Assembly (NCBI GenBank): GCA_963796685.1
Contig: CAWCMR010000025.1
Span: forward strand, 1 to 64,000
Origin: an uncultured delta proteobacterium
Lineage (GTDB): Bacteria > Myxococcota_A > Polyangia > Fen-1088
Reading direction: 5' to 3'
DNA: 64,000 bases
Of this stretch, positions 18,364-30,167 are shown piece by piece (position 1 is the stretch's first letter; each line of letters starts with the position of its first letter). The position numbers and the translations under genes were made by a program. The notes under the pieces were generated by a model. It ran no database searches and was not told the DNA's origin. It saw only the letters and a program-made list of their open reading frames with translations.

Positions 18364-19779
18364 ATGAGACATTCGCAGACGATCAACGCCTTCATCACGC
18401 CTGCCTGCGTGGCGGCGTTCCTGTTCCTTGGGTGCAACGGGTCAACAGGGGGGAGTCAACCCGGGACAGGAGGACATGCCGGCACCGGCGGGATGACCAG
18501 CGCAGGCGGCACGACCAGCTCGGGCGGGACGAGTGCCTCGGGCGGTACGAGTGGCAGCGGCGGCGTGGTCGGCACCGGTGGGAAGCCGGGCTCGGGTGGA
18601 ACCGCCGGAACCGGCGGAACCCTCGGTAGCAGCGGCGGCAGCACGTCGAGCGGTGGCGTGCTCGGATCCGGTGGCAGGGTCTCGACGGGGGGCCAGACTG
18701 GACCGGACGGAAGCACCGGAACTGCCGGCGGGACGTCCGGGGGTGGCGGGGGAGCCGACTCGGGTGGAAACGCAACGGGAGGGGCCAGCGGCGGAGCCGG
18801 GGCGGGTGGCAGCAAGGCCGATGCGGGCTCCACGCCGGCCGACAGCGGGTCTTCGGGCGGCAGCTCGGGCACCTGTCCGACGACTACCCTATCGGCGGGT
18901 GACCACAACGAGAGCATCACCTCGGGTGGGGAGTCCCGCACCTTCATCGTCCGCATCCCCACGGGCCTCACAGCAGGAACGCCCGCCCCGGCCATTATCG
19001 ATTTCCATCCGCTGGGCGGCAACGGCAGTGGGCAGGAGGGCTCGTCAGGCTGGAAGGCGAAGTGCGACAGCGTGGGCTGCATCTCCGTTTACCCCGACTC
19101 GTCCAAGAAGGCCGGCGACAGTTCCTGGAACGCGGGTTACTGCTGCGACAACTCCGAGAAAGACCAGATCGATGACGTCCAGTTCGCGCGGGACATCATC
19201 AAGTGGCTCGAGGCCAATACTTGCGTCGATGCAAAACGTATCTACGCGAGCGGAGGCTCCAATGGCGGCGGCATGACCTACCGGATGGCCTGCGAGGCCT
19301 CCGATGTGATAGCCGCGGTGGCGCCCGTCGACTTTCGCTGCGTCACCGGCAAAGACCCCCTAGCGAGCGCCGGGTCAGTAACGGCCTCCAACAACACGGC
19401 GTGCGTATGCCCCAACCTCAAGCGACCGATCACCGTGGTCGCGTGGGACGAGTCGGCAGATACATCCATCGTCCCCTACGGCGGTGGCCAGACGCCACAG
19501 CTCGCTACGGACTGTCCCCCGAGCGGGAGTTGTGTGGGAATCGGCTTCACGAGCGCGCAGATCAACGCCCAGACCTGGGCGGATTTCAGTACGTGCACCG
19601 GTTCGGCGACCACGGATCCGGACAACTCGCTGTGCAAGACGTGGACATCTTGTCAGGGCAATACAACGGTCTCCCTTTGCTCAACGACCAGCGGAGGTCA
19701 CCTCGCCGTGTACTCGAACTCGTCGGCGAAGTGGACCGACATGGCTTGGAACAAGCTCAAGACCCAATCGCTGCCGTAG
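18364..19779 (+). CDS. LpqC/PHB-depolymerase-like alpha/beta esterase lipoprotein (CE1-like)
   Basis: Lipobox FLGC, long Gly/Ser/Thr linker, DFHPLGG, SWNAGYCC, DDVQF, RIYASGGSNGGGM (GxSxG). Confidence 0.85.
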   Translation: MRHSQTINAFITPACVAAFLFLGCNGSTGGSQPGTGGHAGTGGMTSAGGTTSSGGTSASGGTSGSGGVVGTGGKPGSGGTAGTGGTLGSSGGSTSSGGVLGSGGRVSTGGQTGPDGSTGTAGGTSGGGGGADSGGNATGGASGGAGAGGSKADAGSTPADSGSSGGSSGTCPTTTLSAGDHNESITSGGESRTFIVRIPTGLTAGTPAPAIIDFHPLGGNGSGQEGSSGWKAKCDSVGCISVYPDSSKKAGDSSWNAGYCCDNSEKDQIDDVQFARDIIKWLEANTCVDAKRIYASGGSNGGGMTYRMACEASDVIAAVAPVDFRCVTGKDPLASAGSVTASNNTACVCPNLKRPITVVAWDESADTSIVPYGGGQTPQLATDCPPSGSCVGIGFTSAQINAQTWADFSTCTGSATTDPDNSLCKTWTSCQGNTTVSLCSTTSGGHLAVYSNSSAKWTDMAWNKLKTQSLP

Positions 19780-19830
19780 CCATCGAAGAATGACGGACGA
19801 ATGACGATTGTGTGATCGAATCGCCCATCT

Positions 19831-20657
19831 CGTCCGGTGCCAAAACTCAATCGCGCCCACTCACGCCGCTTCTCGGCAGTAGAAGTTGAGCAGACCACCA
19901 AGTCGCTCGCGCCGAATGACTGCGCCGGCACCAGCTGCGCCCTCGGGATTGCCAACCAAACAGCGTCACACCTCCACCGTGAAAAAGTCCATCCCCACGA
20001 TCGCCCCCAGGTGCGCCTTGATGAACTTCGCCCACGGCATCCGCTTCCCTCGAATCGGCGCCGGATCGATGCCGTGCTCCCGCTGAATGCGTTTGATCGT
20101 GCTCCGTCCGATCTTGTGACCCAGGTTCTTCAGGGCCCCCCTTATCCGCGCATAGCCCCATCCTTCGTTGTCTCGAGCCATCGTGAGCACCAACTCCACG
20201 ATGTCTTCGGCTTTCCGAGGTCGTCCGGGGCCACGTCGCTCGCTCCCATCGTACTTCTTTGCCACCAGTTCTCGGTACCAACGCAGAATCGTCTCCGCCG
20301 CCGCGATCGTGGCTATCTTGCCCAGTACCTTGAGGCCCAGTTCCTTTCCGAGAATCGCCAGTCGCCGCCGATCGGCATTCGTGAGCTGCAGTTTCCGGTC
20401 GCCGAGCTTTTCCTTGAGGGCCCTGTTCTCGGCCATCAAGTAGTCGACCTGCCGCTGCAGAGCGCGCGCAAACCACACCGCCAGCCACGCTGCCAAAAAC
20501 TGCAGCGGCAACGGCAGCATCGAACCGAGCGGCTCGGTCTTCTTCGTGCTCACGGGCTGCCTTACACCCTTCTCCGCCCGCTGCAAGCTCCTCGGCACCT
20601 CCGACAACCGCCCAGATTCCCTTCGCTTTTCGACGATCTAGTTTTGATACCGCACAC
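19831..20657 (-). mobile_element. Internally deleted IS-C (non-autonomous): both ends kept, DDE core lost
   Basis: IRs CGGTGCCAAAACTCAATCG (19835-19853) and CGATCTAGTTTTGATACCG (20634-20652); transposase N-terminus stops at MDFFTVEV and is joined to the RERLGGLLNFYCREAA tail. Confidence 0.8.
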
Positions 20658-21029
20658 CTATCCGGTCACCCGCAAGCCAACTGCCATTGCTGCGCGACGG
20701 CCGCGCCACTCGTCGATGCACACGTCCGAGATTCTTCTTTCAATCGCCAACTGAAGGACTGCAGCTTCGCCAGCGTCGAGAACATGCTGGCTCAATAGCG
20801 GGACCGCACCGGCCAGCTCTTGGACGGTCACCCACGGTGGGATGATGCCCGGATGACCCAATCGACTGCCGACTTCAATTTCGTCGGAAACCTGGCGTGG
20901 TGTTGTGAAGCGGATGGGTAGTTGTCCGATGAAATCGAACGCATCGATCCTGCCAAGAGCGATGAGCGGGCCGGTGTTGACGACGAGTTCTTCAGGTGCG
21001 CTCGGCAAAGGCGACCTCGTCGACGACAT
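20658..21029 (-). pseudogene. DUF3368-type PIN protein, C-terminally truncated by IS-C
   Basis: VVNTGPLIAL, LDAGEAAVL, IDEWRGRRAA..GLRVTG, then a stop at the IS boundary. Confidence 0.78.
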
Positions 21030-21255
21030 CCTCCGGGCGCAGATTGCTCATCGAGACGCCGACTCGCTGGAGGGAGGCTAGAAATGCTACTCGTCCCAAG
21101 CCACACAGCTCAGCGGCCTTCCCGGACGATAATCGGCCCTGTTCGAAGAGCTTGGCCGCGAGGAGAATCTTTGCTTCTTGCTCGAAGTCCGCCTGGGGCA
21201 GGCTGGCTTCGAGCAGCACCGAATCGTCATAGGATATCTGTAGGGTCCGGATCAT
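20992..21255 (-). CDS. UPF0175 family antitoxin-like protein
   Basis: AAKLFEQGRLSSGKAAELCGLGRVAFL; lies upstream of the PIN gene. Confidence 0.85.
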   Translation of the reverse strand: MIRTLQISYDDSVLLEASLPQADFEQEAKILLAAKLFEQGRLSSGKAAELCGLGRVAFLASLQRVGVSMSNLRPEDVVDEVAFAERT

Positions 21256-21456
21256 GGTGCGAATCGTACCACGACATACGACAGGTTCGCGCACTGCGAC
21301 TGTCTGGTGATCTCATCGGTGCCGAGCGTAGTCTGCGCACACTCGAGACTCACTTCCCGAACAGCGTCCACCTCGCGGCGCTCAAACAGTGAAACCGTTC
21401 CCTTTGCGGCTGCGCACGCTTCGGTTTCAGTTCAAGCCCGGCAAGTTCACCGATCG

Positions 21457-22124
<668 letters not shown>

Positions 22125-22164
22125 CTATCGGCGGCCACGCGGCTCTTCCTGCCACCCGTTGCCG

Positions 22165-22262
22165 AGGTGTGCTCGGGGAAGGCTTCGATGATTTGCTGGG
22201 CGGTCCAGGCCGCGCTCGGGAATTCGGTGATGTTGAAATGAACAACGCGACGCCGTTCGACT
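22165..22262 (-). pseudogene. Short rve transposase scrap
   Basis: ERRRVVHFNITEFPSAAWTAQQIIEAFP, homologous to the IS-B core; boundaries approximate. Confidence 0.7.
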
Positions 22263-22692
22263 CGGCCATCCGTCAGATGCGCTGCTTGACCTCTGCAGAC
22301 CTTCGCCAGGCCGCCGTCCGCGGCCATCAAGGCCACCTTCTCGTGGTGAAGAGGCCGCGGCCGGCACCGACGAACCGAAGGCAGGAGCCTTGGTGAAGGC
22401 GGAATTGCTCGGGGGATCGCCAACGGGACAGACATGAGATTCCTCAAGCTGCTCAAGCGGCCGGATTCCGGACCCGGACGAGTCGAAACGACCCTCGGTC
22501 GGGGATGTGCTCGTGCCCGTGCGCCCGCCGGACATTCACCTCGCGCCGCGCTACCCAAAAGACGACTATGTTTGTCCTGGTTGACCTTGCGCTCGCGGAA
22601 TGAGCAAACCACACTTCCTTCGGTACCCAGATGAACGCAGACAAGTCCGGGTTGCAGTACGAAACGCAAGGGGGCCTTGCGCGGAGGTTCAC

Positions 22693-23742
22693 ATGGCGCC
22701 ACGTCGCCCACGATTGACTGTGCAGGTACAAACTCGTCGTGAGTTCCTGGAACGCAGCATGGGAGCCGTTGCCGCGGCTGGTCTCGCCGCCTGCCTCCCA
22801 CCCAGGCGAGGCTCGCGCGGAGACGGAGGCGTTCCACCGCAAGACGCGGACTCGAGTGCGCCTAGGCCTCTGACGTCTTACGGCCCCATCACCCCGAATG
22901 AGCACTTCTACATCACGAGCTGTTGCTCGAACCCGGCGGTCGACGCATCCACTTGGGCGCTCTCAATCCAAAACCGCGGCGCCGAAATCGCCAGCATCGA
23001 CTACGCCACGCTGACGCGTCTTCCTGCCCGCAACAAAGAGCACACCCTGGAGTGCATCAGTGCTGCCCCGTACTATTTGGCCATTTCCAATGCGATATGG
23101 ACAGGGCTTCCACTGACTGAAGTATTCGGCGCAAAGGGTGTTCAGGTCTCACCTGGCACCGTAGAGCTGGTGTTCAGAAGCGTGGACCAATACTACACCT
23201 CTATTCCCGTGGCGGATTTGCAGAAACCTGTATGGCTCGTTTGGCTCATGAACGGCGTTGCGTTGCCGACAGAGCACGGCTATCCGGTGCGACTACTCGT
23301 GCCTGGGCGCTACGGCATGAAGAACCCGAAGTGGATTACCAGTATCGACTTCGTCGATCAACCGTTCACTGGATACTGGGACCAACAGGGTTGGTCCAAG
23401 GAAGCCGTTTACCAAACCAACGCGTTGGTTCACGTTCCTTTCGAGGACGTCCCGGCTGGGGAGCTCGTAGCCGCCGGGACCGCATTCGCCGGCACCGATC
23501 CGATTGTTTCCGTAGAAGTTTCGGTGGATGGAGGTGACTGGCACTCGGCGACGCTCGACTACAATCCGGGTCCCGACATCTGGACGCTGTGGCACTACGA
23601 CGTGGTGCTCGATCCAGGCGCTCACACACTTCAGGCGAGGTGCACGGCCCTTTCCGGGAATCAGAGCGACCCATCATCGGATGACCCCGACCCTCAAAAC
23701 GGCTACGATGGCAGCGGCCTGTTCACGTTCAACGCAACCTGA
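22693..23742 (+). CDS. Sulfite oxidase family molybdopterin oxidoreductase, Tat-exported
   Basis: GGAGG RBS; TRREFL Tat motif; ITPNEHFY, TLECIS (Mo-Cys), HGYPVRLLVPGRYGMKNPKW; Ig-like dimerisation domain. Confidence 0.9.
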   Translation: MAPRRPRLTVQVQTRREFLERSMGAVAAAGLAACLPPRRGSRGDGGVPPQDADSSAPRPLTSYGPITPNEHFYITSCCSNPAVDASTWALSIQNRGAEIASIDYATLTRLPARNKEHTLECISAAPYYLAISNAIWTGLPLTEVFGAKGVQVSPGTVELVFRSVDQYYTSIPVADLQKPVWLVWLMNGVALPTEHGYPVRLLVPGRYGMKNPKWITSIDFVDQPFTGYWDQQGWSKEAVYQTNALVHVPFEDVPAGELVAAGTAFAGTDPIVSVEVSVDGGDWHSATLDYNPGPDIWTLWHYDVVLDPGAHTLQARCTALSGNQSDPSSDDPDPQNGYDGSGLFTFNAT

Positions 23743-23799
23743 ACCGGGCCACGGTGGTTGCAGTACCGTCTGTCACCGCCCCCAAAGCATGGGCTCGCC

Positions 23800-24240
23800 G
23801 ACCGGCGCCTCGGAGAGGAGGACTACGCGCTCGAATTCGAGGAGCCGGCGCTGGCGACGCTGGGCTTCGCCTACGAAGAGCGCGGTCACCTGTCGGGCGG
23901 CGCCTACCACGCCATCTTGCGCAAGGTCGACGGCTGGCTGCCAGGACCCTTGCGGGACGCGCTGCCCGTTCGCAAAGAGCGCGCGCAGCACCTGCTGGAG
24001 CTCGACGCTGCCATCAGCACGGCCATCGACGGGCTCAAACAGCGCGGTCTGACCAGCCCGTACCTGCGCACCTTCGTCGTCGCCCGCGTGAACCCGCTGC
24101 GGTTCATCAAGGGCGAGCCACCCTCTATCGACGAGCTCCTCGACACCATGACCAAACGGGTGCGCGGGATGAACCTGGACAAGATCAAGAGCCAGGACAT
24201 CGCGCGCACGGGGCAGCTCCCGAGCAGGCTGGCGAATGAC
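23800..24240 (+). pseudogene. C-terminal fragment of a conserved myxobacterial ParB-domain protein
   Basis: YALEFEEPALATLG..SGGAYH..SPYLRTFVVARVNP recognised from memory; no N-terminal ParB domain or credible start; coding-like codon bias. Confidence 0.6.
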
Positions 24241-24259
24241 GGCTCCCGTCCAGCAAGTC

Positions 24260-24352
24260 GTTGGTCAGCAGCGAGCGCGCGACCGCCAGCCCCGACACCC
24301 CGGCACCAATCACGATCACGTCGACCGTGTCTCTTCCCGTTGCTATCGCCAT
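24260..24352 (-). pseudogene. N-terminal scrap of an FAD-dependent oxidoreductase
   Basis: MAIATGRDTVDVIVIGAGVSGLAVARSL (GxGxxG), then homology is lost. Confidence 0.65.
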
Positions 24353-24353
24353 G

Positions 24354-24505
24354 TTACTTGATCGCGACCACCTCAACCTTGCCGCGCTTTTCGAGGACGT
24401 TGACCGCAACGTCGTGGTCCGAGCGTTCGAATCGCAGATCGATGGTGGCCCCCCCAACCTCGAGGTGACGGATGTCGACTTGCTTGAGAAAGGTCGGAGG
24501 TGCGA
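24354..24505 (-). pseudogene. C-terminal scrap resembling amylo-alpha-1,6-glucosidase
   Basis: PTFLKQVDIRHLEVGGATIDLRFER..VAVNVLEKRGKVEVVAIK-stop; family assignment from memory. Confidence 0.5.
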
Positions 24506-24650
24506 TCTGGGCGATACGCAGCGGAAGCGCCTCTGACCAAGATGTTTCGTTTACGTTACCAATTCGAGCTCTCCATGACATGGTTCGCTTGAGCTCGCAA
24601 ATTGAGTGCCATTGCTGCGCAATGGCGTTGGTAGTGCGTCGCGTACTGCC

Positions 24651-25967
24651 TCAACCCGCCCCGCCGTCCTTGCTGAGGAGCGCGCACGCCGACGTGGACA
24701 ACTGCGCGCACTGTCCGCTCACGCACAGGAGGTGGTCGTCGCACGGATGGCGATCGTCGCAAGCGTCCCCAGGCTTGCCGTAGGGCGTGCACACGCCGGT
24801 GGTGCTCGCGCAATAGAGTCCATTCGCACACGGCGTGTCGCCGCCGTCACCGAGGCAACTTTCACCGGCAGCGGCCTTGGGGACGCATGACTGGCGTCCG
24901 CCGCTCGTCTCGCAATAGGTCGTCTCGTCGCATGCCGTGCTCCCGCACGAATACATCGGCACGCAGGAAGAGACTGTCACGTACGAGCCATCGGCGGTGG
25001 GAAGGTTCATGTTGATGAAGCAGACGAAGCTCGCAGGGCAAACGACGTTGACGGCGTCGCATGCCTGCCCGGCGTCCAGCACGATCGGCGGCTGGCGTGG
25101 CTCGCATGTCCCAGCGGTTCCCCCGTCCACCACGGTCCGGCAGTACCGATCGCCCGCGCAGCCGATCGACGGCACGGCGGCAGGATCGCAGGTCTCGCCG
25201 GCCCCAGCGTGGACGATGGTGCTTGCCGGCGTGCACAGCTTGGTCGCCGGATGGCAGAAATCGCCGGGCCCGCAGCCACTGCCATCGGCGCACGAGGCAC
25301 CTGTGGCGGCCAAGGTACCGATGCATGAACCGCAGCCCAGGCTGTAACCGCTGCAGGTTCCGCTTTGGCAGGTGCTCGCGCGGGCGCAGGGTGTGCCGTT
25401 CGGCGCCGTGCCCGGGGTGAAGCACGAGGGACGCACACCGAGATCGATGTCGGTACACGAGAGTCCCTCGAGCTCGCCGAGGCAGCCGGCAACGGAGGCC
25501 AACGTGCGGGTCGAGGTCCCGTTGAAGAAGTAGTCGGGACAGGCAGCCGCGGTGTCGTTGCAAGGTGGCGAGAGGGTCGAGGGATCCACCGGAGGGGATC
25601 CGGCGCACGCCGCGTAGCGGTCGCAAAGAGCGCCGAGCGCCGCACGGCATACCTCGTCGGCGGTCAAGCCCCCGCCCGTGCCGCCCGCGCCACCTACCCC
25701 ACCCGCGCCGCCTGCCCCGTCGCTCGCGCCGTCGGTCGTGCGAGCATCAGCGCCGCCCGCGCCGCCCGCGCCGCCCGCGCCGAGCGCGCTGTCCGCTGAT
25801 GATTTCCCGCCCGTGGCCGGCATCCCGCCGTCACCCGAGGCTCCGCCGGCACCGCCAGCGCCCCGACCGGAACCCGAGCAAGCGATTTCGGCAAGGACGA
25901 TCAGAAGGCCCATCACGAGCAGGCAGTACAACATCGAACGGTCCCTGGCGATCGCGCCCATGTTCAT
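24651..25967 (-). CDS. Cys-rich exported protein/lipoprotein with Gly-Ala linker and repeated disulfide modules
   Basis: Hydrophobic leader ending EIAC; repeated GxxC..C..GxxC....C units; start uncertain. Confidence 0.75.
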   Translation of the reverse strand: MNMGAIARDRSMLYCLLVMGLLIVLAEIACSGSGRGAGGAGGASGDGGMPATGGKSSADSALGAGGAGGAGGADARTTDGASDGAGGAGGVGGAGGTGGGLTADEVCRAALGALCDRYAACAGSPPVDPSTLSPPCNDTAAACPDYFFNGTSTRTLASVAGCLGELEGLSCTDIDLGVRPSCFTPGTAPNGTPCARASTCQSGTCSGYSLGCGSCIGTLAATGASCADGSGCGPGDFCHPATKLCTPASTIVHAGAGETCDPAAVPSIGCAGDRYCRTVVDGGTAGTCEPRQPPIVLDAGQACDAVNVVCPASFVCFINMNLPTADGSYVTVSSCVPMYSCGSTACDETTYCETSGGRQSCVPKAAAGESCLGDGGDTPCANGLYCASTTGVCTPYGKPGDACDDRHPCDDHLLCVSGQCAQLSTSACALLSKDGGAG

Positions 25968-26059
25968 ACCTCTAATGATCGAGCATACAGCCAGTCGGAC
26001 TTTCTGGCGCCTGCGATGTCGCCGAGTGCGTTCGACCATCATGTGTGACGGCGAGCACG

Positions 26060-26830
26060 AGCCCGGTGGACACCCGGATTTCTTCTACTACGGCGCCACC
26101 TTGCAGTCGCCGGTCAGTATCACGGGGGTGCAGGGACAGACCGATCCGCTGAGCTACGACAAGCGCTATTGTGTCCCCAATTCAGCCGGTCCGGCACGAA
26201 AGAACGACTCGACCACGCGCTGTTGGGATATGGCGCAAGCAAACCTGGACGCAAACGGCAGGCCGGCCTTCAACAGCAATCGCAATGGAGGCGGCGCGAA
26301 GGCCACCCTGTGCGATTGCCAGTTCACCGATTGGAGCCATGATACCAACGGCGGCCACGTACCAGACTATGCGATGAGCAACAGTCCGCTCGACGGCTTG
26401 ACCTACGTGTCTGGATCGAGTGGACACCCGATGTACAAGGGTCCCGCTCCCATCGCGAGCAGCGCGACCAGCTTTGGACAGTGGTGGACCGATAACACGT
26501 ATACGAACAACACACATCAGGTTGCGACGCTCAAGCTCGGGCCCGTGGCTGGCGCGACGAATCTCTACCGATTCTCCAGTGCGCCTCACAGCGTGTATGG
26601 GGGCTTCTTCCCGCTCGATCCGACGACCAACCAGTTCCCTCAATGGAAGCACAACCGGGCCGGGGACGGTGTCGACGTCGACCACCGGAAACAGCGAGCC
26701 TCCCTTGTGCAATATCTGGCCCTACTGGTATAGCTCCACCTCCTTCGGCGCGGGGGCCAGCTGCAAGAGCGACCAGTATATCTTCCCCCCCAGCTTCGCG
26801 CCTGGAGCCGACGCGGCGCTGCCCATGGGA
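26060..26830 (+). pseudogene. Internal fragment of a fibro-slime/PA14-like domain protein
   Basis: GHPDF, SATSFGQWW and GGFFPLD motifs; no signal peptide or start, frameshift near 26640, ends just before the tRNA-like gene. Confidence 0.6.
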
Positions 26831-26860
26831 GCATGGTCAGACCCGCGCTACCCGAGATCA

Positions 26861-26936
26861 TGGTGCCCCACCCCGGAGTCGAACCGGACCCTCCGCGGCT
26901 TCGGCGCGGCGCTCATCCCACGAGAGCTTTCGGGGC
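26861..26936 (-). tRNA. Non-canonical tRNA-Phe(GAA)-like gene with encoded CCA
   Basis: GCCCCGA AA GCTC TCGTGGGAT GAGC G CCGCG CCGAAGC CGCGG AGGG TCCGG TTCGACT CCGGG GTGGGGC A CCA: all four arms pair, but A8, U14, C33 and an A7:G66 mismatch deviate from the consensus. Confidence 0.75.
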
Positions 26937-26940
26937 AAAT

Positions 26941-27035
26941 GCGGGACTGGCATGTCCCGCAAGGTTGGGTCACTTTGCAGACCCGCCTCGCGGCGCATCG
27001 GTGCGGTCTTTAGTTCGGCGCGAATCAGCCGAATC
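26941..27035 (-). ncRNA. Candidate structured RNA leader upstream of the tRNA-like gene
   Basis: Consecutive hairpins: GCGGGAC-ATGCCA-GTCCCGC (26941-26960), GGGTC..GACCC, CCGC-GAG-GCGG, TTCGGC..GCCGAA. Confidence 0.4.
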
Positions 27036-27069
27036 ACGGCTGGTGGCATCAAGAGGGACTCAGGGAGAC

Positions 27070-28994
27070 ATGCTTTGCGCACCGGAAGATACCGATCTGT
27101 ACGAGCACCAATTCCGCACGGTGTTCGAGACCTCCGCTTCCATGATGTGGTTGATGGATCTTCAGGGACATGTCCTGAAGATAAATCCCCTGGCCAGCAA
27201 CTTTTCGGGGACCACGCCGCAGTCGACCGTGGGAAATCTGCTTTGGGAAGCCGGCGGCTGGAACCACTCGCCGGAGATCCAGGCTTTCGTTCGTGAAGCG
27301 GTGTTCCAAGCCGCCGCGGGACAGTCCGTTCGCCGCCAAACGGTTCATCCTCAAGATGGCAGGCCGCCGGTGGTGGTGGAGCTGCATCGTGCAACCGATC
27401 CGCCAACCGGATGGGCAAGTCGTTCAGTTGCTTGGCGAGGGGCGTGACGTATCCCAATTGATTTCCGCTGATCTGGCGCTGGCGGAGACCGCGCAGAGGT
27501 TCCGCACGGTGGTCCAGAACGCCCATGCGGTCATCTTCATCCTTGACCGCCACGGTGTCTTTCAACTGTCCGAGGGGCAGGCGCTTTCGCGGCTCGGTCT
27601 GGAACCGGGCCAGGTCGTCGGGAAGTCCGCACTCAAGCTTTACAAGGACACGCCCTCGGTTGTGGAGAGCATCCAAAAGGCTTTAGTCGGCGAAACGTCT
27701 CGGGTACAGAACACGCTGGGCCCGGTCACGTTCGACACCATCTACTCGCCCTATTGGAACGCAGAGGGAGAAGCTCGATGGGGTGGTGGGGATCGCCATC
27801 GATATCACGCCTCTCGTTTCGGCCAATGAAGAGCGACAGCGCCTACAGTCGATCCTGCTCCAGGCCCAACGCATGGAGGCCATCGGCCAACTGGCGGGTG
27901 GGGTGGCGCACGACTTCAACAACATCCTCGCCGCCATGCTGATGTACATAGGCCAGCTTCAGATGGAGAAGCAGCTCACGGACGACGTGCGTTTCTCGCT
28001 CAAAGCACTGGATGAATGCGCCCATCGTGCGGCCTCCCTCACGCGTCAGCTTCTTGCTTTCAGCAGGCGGGAAGCAATCCAGCGACGCCAGCTCGATCTC
28101 GATTCGCTGCTCGGGAATCTTCTGCGCATGTTGCGCAGAATCGTCGGTGAGAACATCGGCTTGGAGTTCTTCGGGTCGCGGCTTCCCCTGTGGATCTTCG
28201 CCGACCCGGGTATGATCGAACAGGTGTTCGCCAACTTGGTCGTCAACGCTCGGGACGCCATGCCGAATGGAGGGCGAATCCAGATCAAGACCGAGTCTCG
28301 CTCTCTTTCAGAGTGCGACACGTTGGCGGATGCCGATGCCCGGCCTGGAACCTTCGCCGTCCTCTCGGTGACCGACTCGGGGTGTGGCATGGACGCCACG
28401 ACGATCGGGCGCGTGTTCGAGCCGTTCTTCACCACCAAGGGCGAGGGCAAGGGCACGGGCCTGGGACTGGCCGTGGTCTACGGCATCATCAAGCGCCACG
28501 AGGGCTGGATCGAGGTCCACAGTACCGTGGATGTTGGAACGACCTTCCGCGTTTTCCTGCCGCAACTCCTGGACGTCAAGGTCACCGACGACGTGGACCT
28601 GGCACCGGCGTCTCTGCCGCTTGGCAAGGAGACGATTCTGGTGGTGGAGGATGACCACGTTCTTCGCGGCATCGTGGCAGGAGTCCTGGACCGTGCTGGC
28701 TACCAAGTGCTGCAAGCCGCCACGGGCCAGCAAGCCATCGATGCATGGACCAAGCAAGGCGCGCGGGTCGATCTGCTGCTCACCGATCTCATCATGCCTG
28801 AGGGGCTGACCGGCATCGAGCTTTCTCAGCGGCTTCGCCGGGAAAGACCGGATCTCAAGGTCGTCATCATGAGTGGGCACAATCTCGATCATGGCCTCGA
28901 GACGATGCCCGCCCAAGAAGAGATTCTCTACCTTCAGAAACCCTTCACGGCCACCACCCTGGCCAACACCATGCGGCGCTGCTTGGACGGCTAG
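27070..28994 (+). CDS. Hybrid sensor histidine kinase (2 PAS, HisKA, HATPase, REC), frameshifts near 27385 and 27780
   Basis: PAS repeats FRTVFE and FRTVVQ; H-box LAGGVAHDFNN; NARDAM, DSGCGM, FEPFFTTK, GTGLGL; REC ILVVEDD..LLLTDLIMP..KPF. Confidence 0.88.
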
Positions 28995-29260
28995 CTGTCA
29001 GGTGTTCTGCGGTTCTCCCAGATCAGTCATTGCATCCTCGCTTGTTTCATCGAATGACACGAACCGGCTGCGTTGTCTTCCTCTTGCCAGAGCCCGTTGA
29101 TGGCGATGCGGAAAAGCCAGGTCGACCATCGGTCCGCGCTCAGATGAAGCTCTTGTCTCGAGGTAGCGACGAAATCGTCGCCTTCTCGCCGATGGTCATG
29201 CGCCTTCTCGACAGTAGAAATTGGTCAACTCATGGTAAGATTGACGCGCATCAAATCCCA

Positions 29261-30070
29261 ATGCTGACCGCTCTGATCATCACGACGTTGCTCAGTGGTG
29301 CGACAACCAGCGCCGGTCCGTCTGATGCGCCGGACTCGCTTCCCAGGCCGAGCTCGGTGGCGCAGCCTCCGACCGGCGTAGCCGAACCAGCGCGCTCGCC
29401 CGCCATGCCGCCATCGGCCGACCAAAGCCGCGCCGAGTATGACCGGAAGTTCATTGACATCTCCGACCAGCCGACGCTCGACTGCCGAGGGAGAGTCTGC
29501 GCGCAGACCGTGCTTGACGTGCCCACCCAGGGCAAGACGTTCCGGCGCGTGCTCGAGCCGGGCGACTTCTATCGGGCGGTCGGGCGCGACGACCTTGCCC
29601 ACAGTTACGACGTGGCCGCGTCCAACCGGCGTCTCGTCGCGGGGATCGGGACCGCCGTGGGCGTGGGCATGATGGCCTTCGCAGCGGTGTGGGTAGCGGA
29701 ACACCAGCCGCAAGCTGTCGCCTGCGATCCGACGGTCTCCTTCCAGCAATTCCAGAACTGCGCCCAGACATCGCAGGACCAGTTCCAGCGTCAAGCGGAT
29801 CGGAACGTGGAGCTCCTCTTGGGAATGGGCGTCGCTGCAGTGGCCATCCTCGGCGGGTCCTGGGCCTATGCCCTCTCGGACGCCAACCCCGTCTCACTCG
29901 AGGAGCGGCGCCGCCTGGCTCGCAGTTACGACGAGGAGCTGGCGAGTCACCTGGGCGTGCCCGTAAGTGAGGAGGAGCGCCTGCCGGCACGGCCTGATAC
30001 TGTCCAGCTCAGCCTCCGGCCGGAGCTCTCTCGGGGTGCTGGCGGGCTGACCCTGGCGGCGACCTTCTGA
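29261..30070 (+). CDS. Hypothetical membrane/exported protein
   Basis: Signal-like N-terminus, Pro linker, two TM segments, C-terminal GGLTLAATF. Confidence 0.6.
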   Translation: MLTALIITTLLSGATTSAGPSDAPDSLPRPSSVAQPPTGVAEPARSPAMPPSADQSRAEYDRKFIDISDQPTLDCRGRVCAQTVLDVPTQGKTFRRVLEPGDFYRAVGRDDLAHSYDVAASNRRLVAGIGTAVGVGMMAFAAVWVAEHQPQAVACDPTVSFQQFQNCAQTSQDQFQRQADRNVELLLGMGVAAVAILGGSWAYALSDANPVSLEERRRLARSYDEELASHLGVPVSEEERLPARPDTVQLSLRPELSRGAGGLTLAATF

Positions 30071-30167
30071 ATGTGGCGCCAACGCCGCTTCAAAGCCATC
30101 GCGCACCCGGACCCCTGCGAGCGTAAGATAGACGAGCAATTCAACCCGACCTTCGATAGAAGTAGCC

